A stretch of DNA of 64,000 nt from the NCBI GenBank assembly GCA_963743815.1, contig CAVURB010000003.1, forward strand, positions 681,504-745,503. The letters run 5' to 3'. The notes below the pieces were generated by a model. The model did no database searches and was not told where the DNA came from. It saw nothing but the letters and a program-made list of their open reading frames with translations. The stretch comes from an uncultured Chloroflexia bacterium (GTDB lineage: Bacteria; Chloroflexota; Limnocylindria; Limnocylindrales; CSP1-4). Made by a program: the position numbers and the translations under genes. Below, one piece after another: positions 31,347 to 42,594 of the stretch (within the stretch, counting starts at the first letter, position 1; the number at the start of each line of letters is the position of its first letter).

Positions 31347-31969
31347 TGAGTATCGGACTGATCGGCCGCAAGGTCGGCATGACCCAGGTGTTCCAGGATG
31401 ACGGCACGATGGTGGCCGTCAGCGTCCTGGCCATCGAACCGAATACGGTGACCCGGCTGCGCACCGCCGATCGCGACGGCTACACGGCCGTGCAGCTCGG
31501 CACGGAGCCGGCCAAGAAGCTGACCAAGCCCGAGGCCGGCCAGCTCAAGGACCTGCCCAAGGCCGCCCAGTCCCTGGCGACCATCCGCGAGTTCCGCGTG
31601 GACAGCGTGGACGACTACTCGGTCGGCCAGACGTTCTCCGTGGAAGACCTGTTCGCCGCCGGCGACGACGTCGACGTGACGGGCGTCTCCAAGGGCAAGG
31701 GGTTCGCGGGTCACATCAAGCGCCACAACTTCCACCGCGGGCCCAAGACCCACGGTTCGGACCATCACCGCGCCCCAGGCTCCATCGGCCCGGGCACGAC
31801 GCCAGGTCGTGTCTACCGCGGGCTCAAGATGGCCGGCCACATGGGCGACGAGCGCGTGACCATCAAGAAGGTGCGCGTCGTGCGCACCGATCCCGACCGC
31901 AACCTGCTGCTCGTCGCCGGGAGTCTTCCCGGCGCGCGCGGGTCGCTGATCCTCGTGAAGAAGGCCTGA
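31346..31969 (+). CDS. rplC: 50S ribosomal protein L3 (alternative GTG start at 31343)
   Basis: [16 protein letters not shown]... Confidence 0.95.
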   Translation: MSIGLIGRKVGMTQVFQDDGTMVAVSVLAIEPNTVTRLRTADRDGYTAVQLGTEPAKKLTKPEAGQLKDLPKAAQSLATIREFRVDSVDDYSVGQTFSVEDLFAAGDDVDVTGVSKGKGFAGHIKRHNFHRGPKTHGSDHHRAPGSIGPGTTPGRVYRGLKMAGHMGDERVTIKKVRVVRTDPDRNLLLVAGSLPGARGSLILVKKA

Positions 31970-31971
31970 CG

Positions 31972-32622
31972 ATGCCGTCCACCCCTTTGTACGACCGGAC
32001 CGGCAAGACCGTCGGCAGCGTGGATCTCAGTGATGAGCTCTTCGCGGCACCGGTCAATGCCGCCGTCCTGCACCAGGTCGTGATCGCCCAGCTCGCCGGC
32101 CGGCGAACCGGCACGCACGACACCAAGACCCGCGGCGAAGTCCGTGGCGGCGGTCGCAAGCCGTACCGCCAGAAGGGCACCGGCCGTGCTCGCCAGGGCT
32201 CGCGCACCGCGCCGCACTACCGTGGCGGTGGGGCCGTGTTCGGGCCGCACCCGCGCTCCTACGAGCAGCGGTTGCCGCGCAAGATGAAGCGCCTCGCCCT
32301 GCGCGGCGCGCTCACGGCCAAGCTCGGCGACGAGCAGCTCAAGGTCATCGACACGTTCGGCCTCGAGGCGATCAAGACCAAGGAACTCGTTGGCGTGCTC
32401 CGCGCACTCGACGCCACGGGTCGCGTGCTGGTCGTCGCTCCCGGTCGGGACCAGACACTGGAACGGTCGGCACGCAATCTGCCGACGGTCGAGGTCATCC
32501 TGGCCGACTCGCTCAACGTCGTGGACCTGATCAACGCGGACCTCGTGCTCATCGAGCAGGGGGCGCTGTCACGGATCGAGTCCGTGTACGGCAGTGGTGC
32601 CCCGACGGAGGTGGTCGCATGA
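31972..32622 (+). CDS. rplD: 50S ribosomal protein L4
   Basis: ...[19 protein letters not shown]... Confidence 0.95.
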   Translation: MPSTPLYDRTGKTVGSVDLSDELFAAPVNAAVLHQVVIAQLAGRRTGTHDTKTRGEVRGGGRKPYRQKGTGRARQGSRTAPHYRGGGAVFGPHPRSYEQRLPRKMKRLALRGALTAKLGDEQLKVIDTFGLEAIKTKELVGVLRALDATGRVLVVAPGRDQTLERSARNLPTVEVILADSLNVVDLINADLVLIEQGALSRIESVYGSGAPTEVVA

Positions 32623-32933
32623 GCGCCCTCACCGCGCCCGAGATCATCCTTCGCCCCGTGATCAGCGAAAAGTCGATCGCCGAGTCGAGCCGCGGGAAGT
32701 ACACCTTCGCCGTGCATGACGACGCGAACAAGATCCAGATCAAGGCGGCGGTGGAGGAGCTCTACAAGAAGGACGGCGTGACCGTCGTGTCCGTCAACGT
32801 CCTGACGACCAAGGCCAAGGAGAAGCGACGCGGGACGCGGCGCGGCCGGATCGTCGGCCACACCACGCCGTGGCGCAAGGCCATCGTGACCCTGGCTCCC
32901 GGCCAGAAGATCGAATTCTTCGAGGGGGTCTGA
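32619..32933 (+). CDS. rplW: 50S ribosomal protein L23
   Basis: ...ILRPVISEKS...KYTFAVHDDANKIQIKAAVEELY... Confidence 0.95.
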   Translation: MSALTAPEIILRPVISEKSIAESSRGKYTFAVHDDANKIQIKAAVEELYKKDGVTVVSVNVLTTKAKEKRRGTRRGRIVGHTTPWRKAIVTLAPGQKIEFFEGV

Positions 32934-32936
32934 CCG

Positions 32937-33764
32937 ATGCCGCTCCGAAGCTACAAGCCCACCTCGCCCGGCCTTCGCCAGATGACTCGCTCGACCTTCG
33001 AGGAGATCACGACGAAGGAGCCGCACAAGCCGCTCCTGGAGCCGCAGAAGCGCGGGTCCGGCCGGAACAACCAGGGCCGCCTGACCGTTCGCCATCGCGG
33101 CGGCGGGGAGAAGCAGCACTACCGCCGGATCGACTTCAAGCGCGACAAGCTGAGCGTGCCCGCGCGCCTGGCCACGATCGAGTACGACCCGAACCGCTCC
33201 GCGCGGATCGGCCTGCTCCACTATCGCGACGGCGAGAAGCGCTACATCCTCGTGCCGCACGGGCTCAAGGTCGGGGACGTCGTCGTCGCCGGTCCGGATG
33301 CCGAGGCGCGCGTGGGGAACGCCCTGCCGCTCGCGAACATCCCCCTCGGCACGACCATCCACAACATCGAGCTGACGCCCGGCAAGGGTGGCCAGATCGT
33401 CCGGTCCGCCGGGACCTCGGCCCAGCTGCTCGCCAAGGAAGGCGACTACGCCACCGTCCGCATGCCGTCGGGCGAGATGCGTCGCATCCCGCTCCGCTGC
33501 ATGGCCACGGTGGGCCAGGTCAGCAACCTCGACCACGAGAACCAGAACCTCGGCAAGGCCGGCCGCGCCCGGCACCTGGGGCAGCGTCCCGAGGTCCGGG
33601 GCGTCGTCATGAACCCGCGTGACCATCCGCACGGCGGAGGCGAAGGCAAGTCCCCGACCGGGATGCCGCCCAAGACCCCGTGGGGCAAGCCCGCCATGGG
33701 CTATCGCACCCGGCGGTCCAAGACGACCGGACGTCTCATCGTCCGATCGCGGCATCGAAAGTAA
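32937..33764 (+). CDS. rplB: 50S ribosomal protein L2
   Basis: ...[16 protein letters not shown]...[14 protein letters not shown]... Confidence 0.97.
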   Translation: MPLRSYKPTSPGLRQMTRSTFEEITTKEPHKPLLEPQKRGSGRNNQGRLTVRHRGGGEKQHYRRIDFKRDKLSVPARLATIEYDPNRSARIGLLHYRDGEKRYILVPHGLKVGDVVVAGPDAEARVGNALPLANIPLGTTIHNIELTPGKGGQIVRSAGTSAQLLAKEGDYATVRMPSGEMRRIPLRCMATVGQVSNLDHENQNLGKAGRARHLGQRPEVRGVVMNPRDHPHGGGEGKSPTGMPPKTPWGKPAMGYRTRRSKTTGRLIVRSRHRK

Positions 33765-33781
33765 CGGGGAGGTAGGAGCAG

Positions 33782-34066
33782 ATGTCCCGTTCCATCAAGA
33801 AGGGCCCCTTCGTCGAGGCCCGCCTCCTCGGCCGGATCGAGGAGATGAACAAGCGCAACGAGAAGAAGGTCGTCAAGACCTGGTCGCGTGCGTCCGTCAT
33901 CTTCCCGACGTTCATCGGCCACACCATCGCCGTCTATAACGGCAAGAAGCACGTCCCGGTCTACGTGACCGAGAACATGGTCGGCCACCGCCTCGGTGAG
34001 TTCAGCCCTACCCGCAACTATCGCGGGCATGGCAAGCACACCGACCGGTCGACGGCGCTGAAGTAG
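33782..34066 (+). CDS. rpsS: 30S ribosomal protein S19
   Basis: [11 protein letters not shown]...[29 protein letters not shown]. Confidence 0.97.
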   Translation: MSRSIKKGPFVEARLLGRIEEMNKRNEKKVVKTWSRASVIFPTFIGHTIAVYNGKKHVPVYVTENMVGHRLGEFSPTRNYRGHGKHTDRSTALK

Positions 34067-34078
34067 GAGCGGCCGACC

Positions 34079-34417
34079 GTGCGTGTTTCCGCCACCGCCA
34101 AGTACCTCCGCGGCTCGACCCGCAAGACCCGCCTGGTCACCCAGGCCATCAAGGGCAAGCCGGTCGAGGAAGCGGCCGCCCTGCTTCGGTTCATGCCGCA
34201 GCGGGCCGCCGCGGATGTCGCGCGCGTGCTCAAGAGCGCGACCGCGAACGCCGAGAACAACCACAACCTCTCCGCCGAGGACCTGATCGTGGCGGACGCC
34301 ATCGCCGATGAAGGCCCCACGATCAAGCGCTTCCGGCCGCGGGCCCAGGGTCGGGCATTCCCGATCCACAAGCCCATGACCCACATCACCATCGTCGTCG
34401 CGGACCAGGAGGCCTGA
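34079..34417 (+). CDS. rplV: 50S ribosomal protein L22
   Basis: ...[13 protein letters not shown]...[27 protein letters not shown]. Confidence 0.95.
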   Translation: MRVSATAKYLRGSTRKTRLVTQAIKGKPVEEAAALLRFMPQRAAADVARVLKSATANAENNHNLSAEDLIVADAIADEGPTIKRFRPRAQGRAFPIHKPMTHITIVVADQEA

Positions 34418-34418
34418 C

Positions 34419-35105
34419 ATGGGACACAAGGTCCATCCGTACGGCTTCCGCCTGGGTGTCTCGCGCACCTGGACCGCGAAGTGGTATGCGGACAAGGAAT
34501 ACACCACCTCCCTCAAGGAGGACATCTCGATCCGCACGCTCATCGACAAGCGGCTGGCCAACGCCAGCGTCAGCGGCGTCGAGATCGAGCGGGGCATCAA
34601 CCACGTGACCGTCACGATCCACACGGCCAAGCCGGGGATCGTGATCGGCAAGGGCGGCGCCAACGTCGAGATCCTGCGCCAGCAGATCGGCGCGCTGTCC
34701 GATCGCAAGGTCAAGCTGGAGATCAAGGAGATCCGCCAGCCGGAGCTCGACGCGCACCTCGTCGCCATGAACATCGCCGGTCAGCTGTCGCGCCGCATCG
34801 CCTTCAAGAAGGCGATGAAGCAGGCCATCCAGCGGTCCATGAAGGCCGGTGCCAAGGGCGTCAAGATCGCCGTCGCCGGCCGCCTCGGTGGCTCGGAGAT
34901 GGGTCGCCGCGAGTGGGACCGCGAAGGTCGCATCCCGCTGGGCACGCTGCGCGCCGACATCAGCTACGGCCAGGTCCACGCGCACACCACGTACGGGCGC
35001 ATCGGCGTCAAGGTCTGGATCTATCGCGGCGAAGTCGCCCAGGAGCCGATCCGTCGGCCCGAGCTGGCCGCCGGCGCCCCGGTCGTGACCGGGACGGGGG
35101 GCTGA
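34419..35105 (+). CDS. rpsC: 30S ribosomal protein S3
   Basis: [24 protein letters not shown]...[13 protein letters not shown]... Confidence 0.97.
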   Translation: MGHKVHPYGFRLGVSRTWTAKWYADKEYTTSLKEDISIRTLIDKRLANASVSGVEIERGINHVTVTIHTAKPGIVIGKGGANVEILRQQIGALSDRKVKLEIKEIRQPELDAHLVAMNIAGQLSRRIAFKKAMKQAIQRSMKAGAKGVKIAVAGRLGGSEMGRREWDREGRIPLGTLRADISYGQVHAHTTYGRIGVKVWIYRGEVAQEPIRRPELAAGAPVVTGTGG

Positions 35106-35107
35106 CC

Positions 35108-35530
35108 ATGTTGATGCCGCGACGCGTCAAGCATCGCAAGGTCATGCGCGGACGGATGTCCGGCGTGGCCAAGGGCGGCCACACGGTCGCCTTCGGCGAG
35201 TACGGCCTCGCCACCCAGGAGCCCGCCTGGATCACCAGCCGCCAGATCGAGGCTGCCCGGCGCGCGATGACCCGCTCGGTCAAGCGTGGCGGCAAGATCT
35301 GGATCCGGATCTTCCCGGACAAGCCCGCCACCAAGAAGCCGGCCGAGACCCGGATGGGCTCGGGCAAGGGCGCGCCCGACCATTGGGTCGCGGTCGTCAA
35401 GCCCGGGCGGATCCTGTTCGAGATGGCCGGCGTCGATCACGACGCGGCGGTCGAGGCCATGCGCCTCGCCAGCCACAAGCTGCCCGTGGCGACCCGCGTG
35501 GTCGTCCGCGAAGGCGCGAAGGAGGCGTAG
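35108..35530 (+). CDS. rplP: 50S ribosomal protein L16
   Basis: [19 protein letters not shown]...[26 protein letters not shown]. Confidence 0.96.
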   Translation: MLMPRRVKHRKVMRGRMSGVAKGGHTVAFGEYGLATQEPAWITSRQIEAARRAMTRSVKRGGKIWIRIFPDKPATKKPAETRMGSGKGAPDHWVAVVKPGRILFEMAGVDHDAAVEAMRLASHKLPVATRVVVREGAKEA

Positions 35531-35533
35531 CGG

Positions 35534-35734
35534 ATGGACATCGACAAGGTCCGAACGCTGTCCGACGCCGAGCTCGACGACGCCCTGCGCGAAGCCAAGC
35601 AGGACCTCTGGGGTGCGCGCTTCGCGCTCTCCACGCGACAACTCAAGGACTACAGCACGATCCCGCAGACGCGGCGAACGATCGCGCGGATCCTGACCGT
35701 GCAGCGCGAGCGCAAGCTCGGCAAGACGGCCTGA
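35534..35734 (+). CDS. rpmC: 50S ribosomal protein L29
   Basis: 66 aa. [22 protein letters not shown]. Confidence 0.9.
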   Translation: MDIDKVRTLSDAELDDALREAKQDLWGARFALSTRQLKDYSTIPQTRRTIARILTVQRERKLGKTA

Positions 35735-35748
35735 GGGGATATCACGCG

Positions 35749-36165
35749 ATGACAGGAGCGAACGACAAGGTGCAGGCACAGCGGAAGACGAAGGTCGGCC
35801 GCGTGGTCAGCGACAAGATGGACAAGACGATCGTCGTGTCCGTCGAGCGGCTGGCGCGCCACCGGCTGTACAAGCGGGTCATCCGCTTGAGCACGAAGTT
35901 CAAGGCCCACGACGAGAACAACGACGCCAACATCGGCGACACGGTCATGATCGAGGAATCGCGACCGCTGTCGGCGACCAAGCGCTGGCGACTCGTGAGC
36001 GTGACCCAGCGCGCGGGCGACCACGGTCTGCCCGGCGAGTCCGTCGTCACCGAAGAGGCCGAGACGAGTGAGGCGATCCACGCGGCCGCCCACCCGGGTC
36101 GGACGCGCGCGACCGAGGCCGATGCGGCCGACGGCGCCGGTTCCGAGGAGGAGACGGCCTCGTGA
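35749..36165 (+). CDS. rpsQ: 30S ribosomal protein S17 with a roughly 50-aa acidic C-terminal extension
   Basis: [47 protein letters not shown] core, then [49 protein letters not shown]. Confidence 0.93.
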   Translation: MTGANDKVQAQRKTKVGRVVSDKMDKTIVVSVERLARHRLYKRVIRLSTKFKAHDENNDANIGDTVMIEESRPLSATKRWRLVSVTQRAGDHGLPGESVVTEEAETSEAIHAAAHPGRTRATEADAADGAGSEEETAS

Positions 36166-36530
36166 TCCAGCCACAGACCCGCCTCAAGGTCGCCGACAAC
36201 ACTGGCGCCCGGAGCATCCAGTGCATCCGGGTGATGGGTCGCTCGCTCAAGACCACGGCCGGCGTCGGCGACGTGATCGTCGCCAGCGTCAAGCAGGCCA
36301 TCCCCAACGCCGCCGTCAAGAAGGGCGACGTCGTGCGGGCGGTCATCGTGCGTACGGCCAAGGAGTACGGGCGTCCCGATGGGAGCTACATCCGCTTCGA
36401 CGAGAACGCGGCCGTCCTCATCAACAACCAGGGCAACCCGCGTGGTACGCGCATCTTCGGCCCGGTGGCCCGCGAGCTCCGCGACCGCAACTACATGAAG
36501 ATCGTCTCGCTCGCCCCGGAGGTGCTGTGA
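36162..36530 (+). CDS. rplN: 50S ribosomal protein L14
   Basis: [16 protein letters not shown]... Confidence 0.97.
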   Translation: MIQPQTRLKVADNTGARSIQCIRVMGRSLKTTAGVGDVIVASVKQAIPNAAVKKGDVVRAVIVRTAKEYGRPDGSYIRFDENAAVLINNQGNPRGTRIFGPVARELRDRNYMKIVSLAPEVL

Positions 36531-36970
36531 TGGCCGTCCGCAGCGACGTCACCCGGGCGCCCAAGGTGCCCGAGATCCGCAAGGGTGACACCGTGGTCGT
36601 CCTCGCCGGCAAGGATGCCGGCAAGCGCGGCACCGTGGAGCGCGTCATCCGCCAGGCGGCATCGCCGCGCGGCGGGCGCAGCATCTTCCGCCGTGGCTCG
36701 GCCGCGGGTGGGGTCAAGGTCGTGGTGGAGGGCGTGAACATCGCCAAGCGCCACACCAAGCCGCGCCAGAGTGCGAGCAGCACGGACCGCATGCCCAAGA
36801 TCCAGCAGGGCGGCATCCTCGAGATCGCCCAGCCGCTGCCGATCGGCAAGGTCATGGTCGTGTGCGGCAGCTGCAGCAAGCCGACCCGCATCGCGCATGC
36901 GACGCTCGACAACGGTCGTCGCGTCCGCGTCTGCCGCCACTGTGGCGAGCAGCTGGAGGTGAAGGCATGA
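36530..36970 (+). CDS. rplX: 50S ribosomal protein L24 (KOW plus C-terminal CxxC...CxxC zinc-ribbon-like segment)
   Basis: [21 protein letters not shown]...[32 protein letters not shown]. The ATG overlaps the rplN TGA. Confidence 0.93.
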   Translation: MAVRSDVTRAPKVPEIRKGDTVVVLAGKDAGKRGTVERVIRQAASPRGGRSIFRRGSAAGGVKVVVEGVNIAKRHTKPRQSASSTDRMPKIQQGGILEIAQPLPIGKVMVVCGSCSKPTRIAHATLDNGRRVRVCRHCGEQLEVKA

Positions 36971-37509
36971 CCAGTCGCCTTCACGAGCGCTACACGGCCG
37001 AGGTCGTGCCGGCGCTCCAGAAGCAGTTCGAGTACGGCAACCCCAACCAGGTGCCGAAGGTGGACAAGATCGTCGTGAACATCGGCCTGGGCGAAGCCCT
37101 GACCAATGCCAAGGCGCTCGACGCCGCGCTCGGCGACCTGACCCTCATCACGGGCCAGAAGCCCATCGTGACCAAGGCCAAGCGATCGATCGCCCAGTTC
37201 CACGTGCGGACGGGCAACTCGATCGGCGCCAAGGTGACCCTCCGCGGGGAGCGGATGTGGGACTTCCTGGACCGCCTGACCACGCTCGCCCTGCCGCGCA
37301 TCCGCGACTTCCGCGGCGTGCCCGGCAAGTCGTTCGATGGACGAGGCAACTACAGCCTCGGGCTGCGCGAGCAACTCGCGTTCCCCGAGATCGACTACGA
37401 CAAGGTGGACCGTCTCCGCGGGCTGGAGATCAGCATCGTGACGACGGCGAAGACCGACGAGGAATCGAAGAAGCTTCTCGAACTCCTCGGCATGCCCTTC
37501 GCCTCGTAG
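36967..37509 (+). CDS. rplE: 50S ribosomal protein L5
   Basis: [44 protein letters not shown]. Confidence 0.96.
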   Translation: MTSRLHERYTAEVVPALQKQFEYGNPNQVPKVDKIVVNIGLGEALTNAKALDAALGDLTLITGQKPIVTKAKRSIAQFHVRTGNSIGAKVTLRGERMWDFLDRLTTLALPRIRDFRGVPGKSFDGRGNYSLGLREQLAFPEIDYDKVDRLRGLEISIVTTAKTDEESKKLLELLGMPFAS

Positions 37510-37527
37510 GCGCGGGGAGGGAGAATC

Positions 37528-37713
37528 ATGGCTAAGAAGTCGATGGTCGCGAAAGCGAAGCGGACCCCCAAGCACAAGGTGCAGGCGTATCACCGCTGCT
37601 TCGTGTGCGGGCGTCCACGCGCCTACATGCGACGGTTCGCACTCTGCCGGATCTGCTTCCGGGAGCGAGCGCTCCTGGGCGAGCTGCCCGGCGTCACGAA
37701 GTCGAGTTGGTAG
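37528..37713 (+). CDS. rpsZ: 30S ribosomal protein S14 type Z (zinc-binding)
   Basis: 61 aa. [23 protein letters not shown]. Confidence 0.95.
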   Translation: MAKKSMVAKAKRTPKHKVQAYHRCFVCGRPRAYMRRFALCRICFRERALLGELPGVTKSSW

Positions 37714-37720
37714 GACACCG

Positions 37721-38119
37721 ATGAACATCTCCGACCCGATCGCGGACATGCTCACGCGCGTCCGGAACGCCTCGCGGGCGCGCCACACCGAGGTGGTGGT
37801 GCCGGCGTCGCGGACGAAGCGCGAGATCGCCCGCATCCTCAAGAGCGAGGGATTCATCGCCGACGTCGCCGAGGAGCAGGATGGACCCACCGCGGTCCTG
37901 CGCCTGACCCTCAAGTACGTCGACGGCAAGGTCCCGGTCGTCTCCGGCCTCAAGCGGATCAGCAAGCCCGGCCTGCGCGTCTATGCGCGCAAGACGGAGA
38001 TCCCGCGCGTGCTGGGCGGCCTTGGCATCGTCATCGTCAGCACCAGCCAGGGCATCATGACCGGCCAGCAGGCGCGTCAGGCGCAGCTGGGCGGCGAAGT
38101 CCTCGCGTACGTCTGGTAG
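37721..38119 (+). CDS. rpsH: 30S ribosomal protein S8
   Basis: [17 protein letters not shown]... Confidence 0.97.
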   Translation: MNISDPIADMLTRVRNASRARHTEVVVPASRTKREIARILKSEGFIADVAEEQDGPTAVLRLTLKYVDGKVPVVSGLKRISKPGLRVYARKTEIPRVLGGLGIVIVSTSQGIMTGQQARQAQLGGEVLAYVW

Positions 38120-38128
38120 GCGGACAGC

Positions 38129-38680
38129 ATGTCGCGCATCGGACGCCTTCCCATCGCCGTCCCCTCGACCGTCGACGTGACGATCGATGGGCGCCAGCTC
38201 ACGGTCAAGGGGCCCAAGGGCACCCTCAGCCGTGCGCTGCACCCCGACATCACGGTCACGCGCGAGGAGGGCACCCTCGTGGTGACCCGTCCCACGGAGC
38301 AGAAGACCCACAAGCAGCTCCACGGCCTCACCCGGACGCTCGTCAACAACATGGTCGTCGGCGTGACCGACGGCTATCGCAAGGGCCTCGAGATCACCGG
38401 CGTCGGCTATCGTGCCGCGCTCAACGGGAACAAGCTGACGCTCAACCTGGGCTACAGCCACCCCATCGAGATCGACCCGCCCGCCGGCATCAGCTTCGAG
38501 GTCGAGAACCCCACCCGCCTCGCGGTCGTGGGCATCGACAAGGAGCTCGTGGGCCAGATCGCCGCCCAGGTCCGCTCCACGCGCAAGCCGGAGCCGTACA
38601 AGGGCAAGGGCGTCCGGTACGCCGGCGAGAAGATCCGTCGCAAGGCCGGCAAGGCCGGCAAGATCGGCGGCAAGAAGTAA
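38129..38680 (+). CDS. rplF: 50S ribosomal protein L6
   Basis: [31 protein letters not shown]... Confidence 0.96.
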   Translation: MSRIGRLPIAVPSTVDVTIDGRQLTVKGPKGTLSRALHPDITVTREEGTLVVTRPTEQKTHKQLHGLTRTLVNNMVVGVTDGYRKGLEITGVGYRAALNGNKLTLNLGYSHPIEIDPPAGISFEVENPTRLAVVGIDKELVGQIAAQVRSTRKPEPYKGKGVRYAGEKIRRKAGKAGKIGGKK

Positions 38681-38702
38681 CCAAGCACAAGGGATTGACA
38701 CG

Positions 38703-39065
38703 ATGACGCAGGTCGCCAGCCGCGGCGCCGCCCGACGCAAGCGCCACGATCGGATCCGCCTTCGCCTGGCGGGGACGGACGTGCGGCCGCGCCTGGCCGT
38801 GTTCCGCAGCCTCAACCATATCTACGCGCAGGTCATCGACGACGCGTCCGGACGGACGCTCGCGGCTGCCTCGACGGTCGAGAAGGAACTCAAGGGTTCC
38901 GCCAAGACCAAGTCGGAGGAAGCCGCTGCCGTCGGTCGTCTGGTCGCCCAGCGGGCCAAGTCGGCCGGCGTCGAGCGCGTGGTCTTCGATCGAGCCGGGT
39001 TCCGGTACCACGGGCGGATCAAGTCGCTCGCCGATGCCGCCCGTGACGCCGGCCTCGACTTCTGA
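38703..39065 (+). CDS. rplR: 50S ribosomal protein L18
   Basis: ...[20 protein letters not shown]...[26 protein letters not shown]. Confidence 0.96.
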   Translation: MTQVASRGAARRKRHDRIRLRLAGTDVRPRLAVFRSLNHIYAQVIDDASGRTLAAASTVEKELKGSAKTKSEEAAAVGRLVAQRAKSAGVERVVFDRAGFRYHGRIKSLADAARDAGLDF

Positions 39066-39080
39066 TCGGAAGGAGCCAGA

Positions 39081-39622
39081 GTGGCACGCATCGACCCGAA
39101 CAAGCTCGCGCTCGAGGAGCGCGTCGTCCAGATCAATCGAGTCGCCAAGGTCGTCAAGGGCGGCCGGCGGTTCAGCTTCAGCGCGGTCGTCGTCGTCGGT
39201 GACGGCGCCGGTCACGTCGGGGTCGGGCTGGGCAAGGCCGGCGAGGTGCCGGAATCGATCCGCAAGGGCGTCGAGGACGCGAAGAAGAACCTCTGATCCG
39301 CATCCCGATGGTCGGCACGACGATCCCCCACGAGGTGAACGTCGAGTTCAGCGCCAGCCGGGTCATGCTCAAGCCCGCCAGCCAGGGCACCGGCGTCATC
39401 GCCGGCGGCTCCGTCCGCGCGGTCCTCGAGGCGGCCGGTGTGCGCGACATCCTGTCCAAGGTCTACGGCTCCACCAATCCGGTGAACGTGAGCCGCGCGA
39501 CCATCGAGGCGCTCCGCGGCCTCCATTCGGCCGAGGAGCTGGGCGCCCGACGCGGCGTCAAGCTGATCAGCCGGATCTCCGGTCAGCCGGCAGCGACGGC
39601 GGAGGTGCTCGATGGCCGGTAA
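39081..39622 (+). pseudogene. rpsE: 30S ribosomal protein S5, split by a frame break at about 39290-39296 (premature TGA at 39294-39296, continuation in another frame)
   Basis: ORF 39081-39296 ends ...[12 protein letters not shown] 39308-39622 carries [10 protein letters not shown].... Read in the second frame, the junction gives [17 protein letters not shown] as in intact S5 proteins. An apparent 2-nt excess lies in aacctctgatcc. Confidence 0.9.
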
Positions 39623-39839
39623 GCTGAAGGTCACCCAGATCAAGAGCACGATCAGTCACATCGCCCGCAACCGCGCCACGATCAAGGCGCTCGGCCTCCA
39701 CGGCATCGGCAGCACGAGCATCGTCGCGGACAACGCGGCGACGCGCGGCATGGTCCGTCAGGTCCGCTTCCTGGTCACGGTCGAGGAGATCGCCGAGGAG
39801 TCGGCGGGCAAGCGGTCCGCCGGCGCGGCAGGAGAAGGC
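39612..39839 (+). CDS. rpmD: 50S ribosomal protein L30; no in-frame stop, so it reads straight into the rplO ATG
   Basis: [60 protein letters not shown] is followed by 16 extra residues and then [11 protein letters not shown] in the same frame. A TGA overlapping the rplO ATG exists only in another frame. Confidence 0.85.
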
Positions 39840-40609
39840 ATGAAACTCCACGACCTCCGCCCCGCCGAGGGGTCGCGAACGCGCCAAGACCCGCGTCGGT
39901 CGCGGCATCGCGGCCGGCAAGGGCAAGACCGCGGGCCGCGGCACGAAGGGCCAGAAGGCGCGTGCCGGTGGCTCCATCCCGGCCTGGTTCGAGGGTGGCC
40001 AGACGCCGCTCCACATGCGCATCCCCAAGCTGCGCGGCTTCAAGAACCGATTCAAGATCCAGTACGAGGTCGTGAACGTCGGGGCGATCCAGGCCGCCGT
40101 GGACCGCGGTGCGCTCGCGCCCGAGGAGCCGGCCGGCAAGGGCAAGGCGAAGGCCGGGACCCAGATCACGGTCAACCAGGACCTGCTGCGGGCCGTCGGT
40201 CTCGTGCGCAGCCTGAACAAGCCGCTCAAGATCCTCGGCAACGGAGACCTCAGCGCGGCGCTGTTCGTGGTGGCTGACGCGTTCACCGGGTCCGCCCGGA
40301 CCAAGATCGAGGCCGCCGGCGGAGCCGTCAGCGTCCTCGAAGTCCCGACGTCGCCGATGAAGGCCATCGGCCTCGACGACGGCGATGGCGCAGCGGCGAG
40401 CGAGCCCGCTCCGGCGAAGACGCGCAAGGCCAAGACTCCCGCCGCCGCCTCCGAGCCGGTCGCCGATGAGGCCGCCGCGGCCGACGCCCGCCGCGGCCGA
40501 CGCCCCCGATACGCCGGCAGATGCGGACGAACCCGCCCCGGTCGAGGCCGAGCCCGCCGCCAGCGCGGCCGACGCCGGCGTCGAGACCGCCCCCGGCGAC
40601 GACGCCTGA
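39840..40609 (+). pseudogene. rplO: 50S ribosomal protein L15 with a roughly 100-aa Ala/Pro/Asp/Glu-rich tail; two frame breaks (about 39880 and the 16-bp duplication at 40472-40503)
   Basis: [13 protein letters not shown] (frame 1), then [55 protein letters not shown] (frame of ORF 40015), then the tail ...[25 protein letters not shown]...GDDA* (frame of ORF 40385), ending 3 nt before secY. Confidence 0.88.
40472..40503 (+). repeat. Perfect 16-bp tandem duplication (ccgccgcggccgacgc x2) that shifts the frame of the rplO tail
   Basis: Read directly. Deleting one copy restores ...[19 protein letters not shown]... in a single frame. Confidence 0.9.
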
Positions 40610-40612
40610 CCC

Positions 40613-41893
40613 GTGTTCGAATCACTGCTGAACGCCTTCCGCGCGCCGGACATCCGGCGCCGGATCCTGGTGGTCCTGGGCCTGCTCATCGTCTTCCGGT
40701 TCCTGGCCGTCGTGCCGGTCCCGGGGATCGACCGCGACCAGCTCCAGAACTTCCTGGAGGGCAACCCGCTGTTCGGGCTGCTCAACCTCTTCTCGGGCGG
40801 CGGGCTGTCCAACTTCTCGGTCGTGGCGCTGGGCCTGAACCCCTACATCAACGCATCGATCATCATGCAGTTGATGCAGGGCGTGGTGCCCTCGCTGCAG
40901 GCGCTCAGCCGTGAGGGCGAGTACGGGCGCAACAAGATCACCCAGTACACGCGCTACCTGTCCGTGCCCATGGCGATGCTCCAGGCCTACGGCTTCCTGG
41001 CGCTGCTCAATGCCAACGGCGTCCTGACCGGCACGTTCGACCTCGCGAGCTTCGAGACCCTGACCCAGATCGCGACCCTGACCGCCGGGTCCGTGGCGCT
41101 GATGTGGATCGGCGAGCTCATCACCGAGCGCGGCATCGGCAACGGCATCAGCTTCATCATCTTCGCCGGCATCGTGAGCCAGGCACCGAGCGCGATCGGC
41201 GCCTTCCTCGCCGCACCCAACATCGCGATGTTCATCGCCTTCGCGGCCGTCGCGATCGCGGCCGTCGCCGTGATCATCTACATCCAGGAGGGGCAGCGCC
41301 GGATCCCGATCCAGTACGCCAGCCGCGTCCGCGGCCGACGCATGTACCAGGGCGGTCAGACGTTCCTGCCGCTCCGGGTCAATCAGGCCGGTGTGATCCC
41401 GATCATCTTCGCGGTCAGCATCCTGCTGTTCCCGGTCCAGCTCGCGTCGTACTTCACGGCGTCCGAGATCCAGATCGTGGCGGACATCGCGAACGGGATC
41501 GTGACGCTCTTCAACCCGCAGTCGATCCTGTACATCGTCATGTACTTCCTGTTGACCGTCGGGTTCACGTACTTCTACACCGCGTTCACGTTCAAGCCGG
41601 ACGAGACTGCCGAACAGTTGCGCAAGAACGGCGGCTTCATCCCGGGCATCCGCCCGGGCCGACCCACGCAGGACTACCTTGCCCGGGTGGTCAGCCGGAT
41701 CACGTTCGCCGGCGCCATGTTCCTGGCGATCGTCGCAGTCTCGCCGTCGCTGCTCGGTCTCGCGTTCCGCGACCTCGGGGCGATCGGGCTGGGCGGCACG
41801 AGCCTGCTCATCGTGGTGTCCGTCGTCGTCGAGACGATGAAGCAGATCGAGGCACAGCTGATGATGCGCAACTACGAAGGCTTCATCCGGTGA
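40613..41893 (+). CDS. secY: Preprotein translocase subunit SecY
   Basis: 426 aa, multi-pass membrane protein. ...[27 protein letters not shown]...[14 protein letters not shown]... Confidence 0.96.
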   Translation: MFESLLNAFRAPDIRRRILVVLGLLIVFRFLAVVPVPGIDRDQLQNFLEGNPLFGLLNLFSGGGLSNFSVVALGLNPYINASIIMQLMQGVVPSLQALSREGEYGRNKITQYTRYLSVPMAMLQAYGFLALLNANGVLTGTFDLASFETLTQIATLTAGSVALMWIGELITERGIGNGISFIIFAGIVSQAPSAIGAFLAAPNIAMFIAFAAVAIAAVAVIIYIQEGQRRIPIQYASRVRGRRMYQGGQTFLPLRVNQAGVIPIIFAVSILLFPVQLASYFTASEIQIVADIANGIVTLFNPQSILYIVMYFLLTVGFTYFYTAFTFKPDETAEQLRKNGGFIPGIRPGRPTQDYLARVVSRITFAGAMFLAIVAVSPSLLGLAFRDLGAIGLGGTSLLIVVSVVVETMKQIEAQLMMRNYEGFIR

Positions 41894-41933
41894 CCGACCC
41901 GCTCCGGCGAGGTCGGGTGGGGAAGGGGCGCCC

Positions 41934-42594
41934 GTGAGCGTCACGGTCCTCCTGGGTGGTCCGGGAGCCGGCAAGGGCACCCAGGCCGTCGGGCTCGCCC
42001 GGCGCCTCGGGGTGCCGCACATCGCCAGCGGCGACCTGTTCCGTGCGGCCGTTCGCGACGGGACGCCCATCGGGCTCGAGGCGAAGGCCTACATGGAGCG
42101 CGGGGAACTCGTCCCCGACGCCACGACCGTCCGCATGCTGCTGGCACGCCTGGCGGAGCCCGACGCCGCCGACGGCGCGGTCCTCGACGGGTTCCCGCGC
42201 GATCGCGCCCAGGCCGAGGTCCTCGACGCCGCGCTCGCCGAACATGGCACCCGCGTGGACCTCGCCATCAGCATCGAGGTGCCCACCGAGGAGCTCGTCC
42301 GCCGGCTGTCCGGCCGGTGGGTCTGCCGGGAGAGCGGGCACGTCTACAACGAGACGGCACATCCGCCCAGGGTCGACGGGCGGTGCGATATCGATGACTC
42401 CGAGCTCATCCAGCGCGCGGACGACAAGCCCGAGACCATCCAGGCCCGCCTGGACCTCCAGCTTGACGAGCCTGCGCGACGTGATCGATCACTACCGCTC
42501 GACCGGCGTGCTGCGACCGGTGGACGGTGTCGGCTCCATCGACGACGTGACCGACGCCGTCCTCGCGGCCGTGAGGAGCCCGCAAGCCGCATGA
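41934..42594 (+). pseudogene. adk: Adenylate kinase, tandem copy 1; single frame break at about 42463 (extra T in cagcttgacg)
   Basis: LLGGPGAGKGTQA P-loop, GFPR, lid RWVCRESGHVYNETAHPPRVDGRCDIDDSELIQRADD. The C-terminus LTSLRDVIDHYRSTGVLRPVDGVGSIDDV... continues in the ORF 41956 frame to the stop at 42594. Confidence 0.88.

Noticed and set aside
39270-39310. Programmed ribosomal frameshift or recoding at the rpsE break (and the other breaks)
   Set aside because: I found no X XXY YYZ slippery heptamer and no prfB-like CUU UGA C site with an upstream SD at the junctions I inspected. The breaks occur in many unrelated genes with differing shift directions, mostly in short homopolymers. That pattern fits indel error, not recoding.
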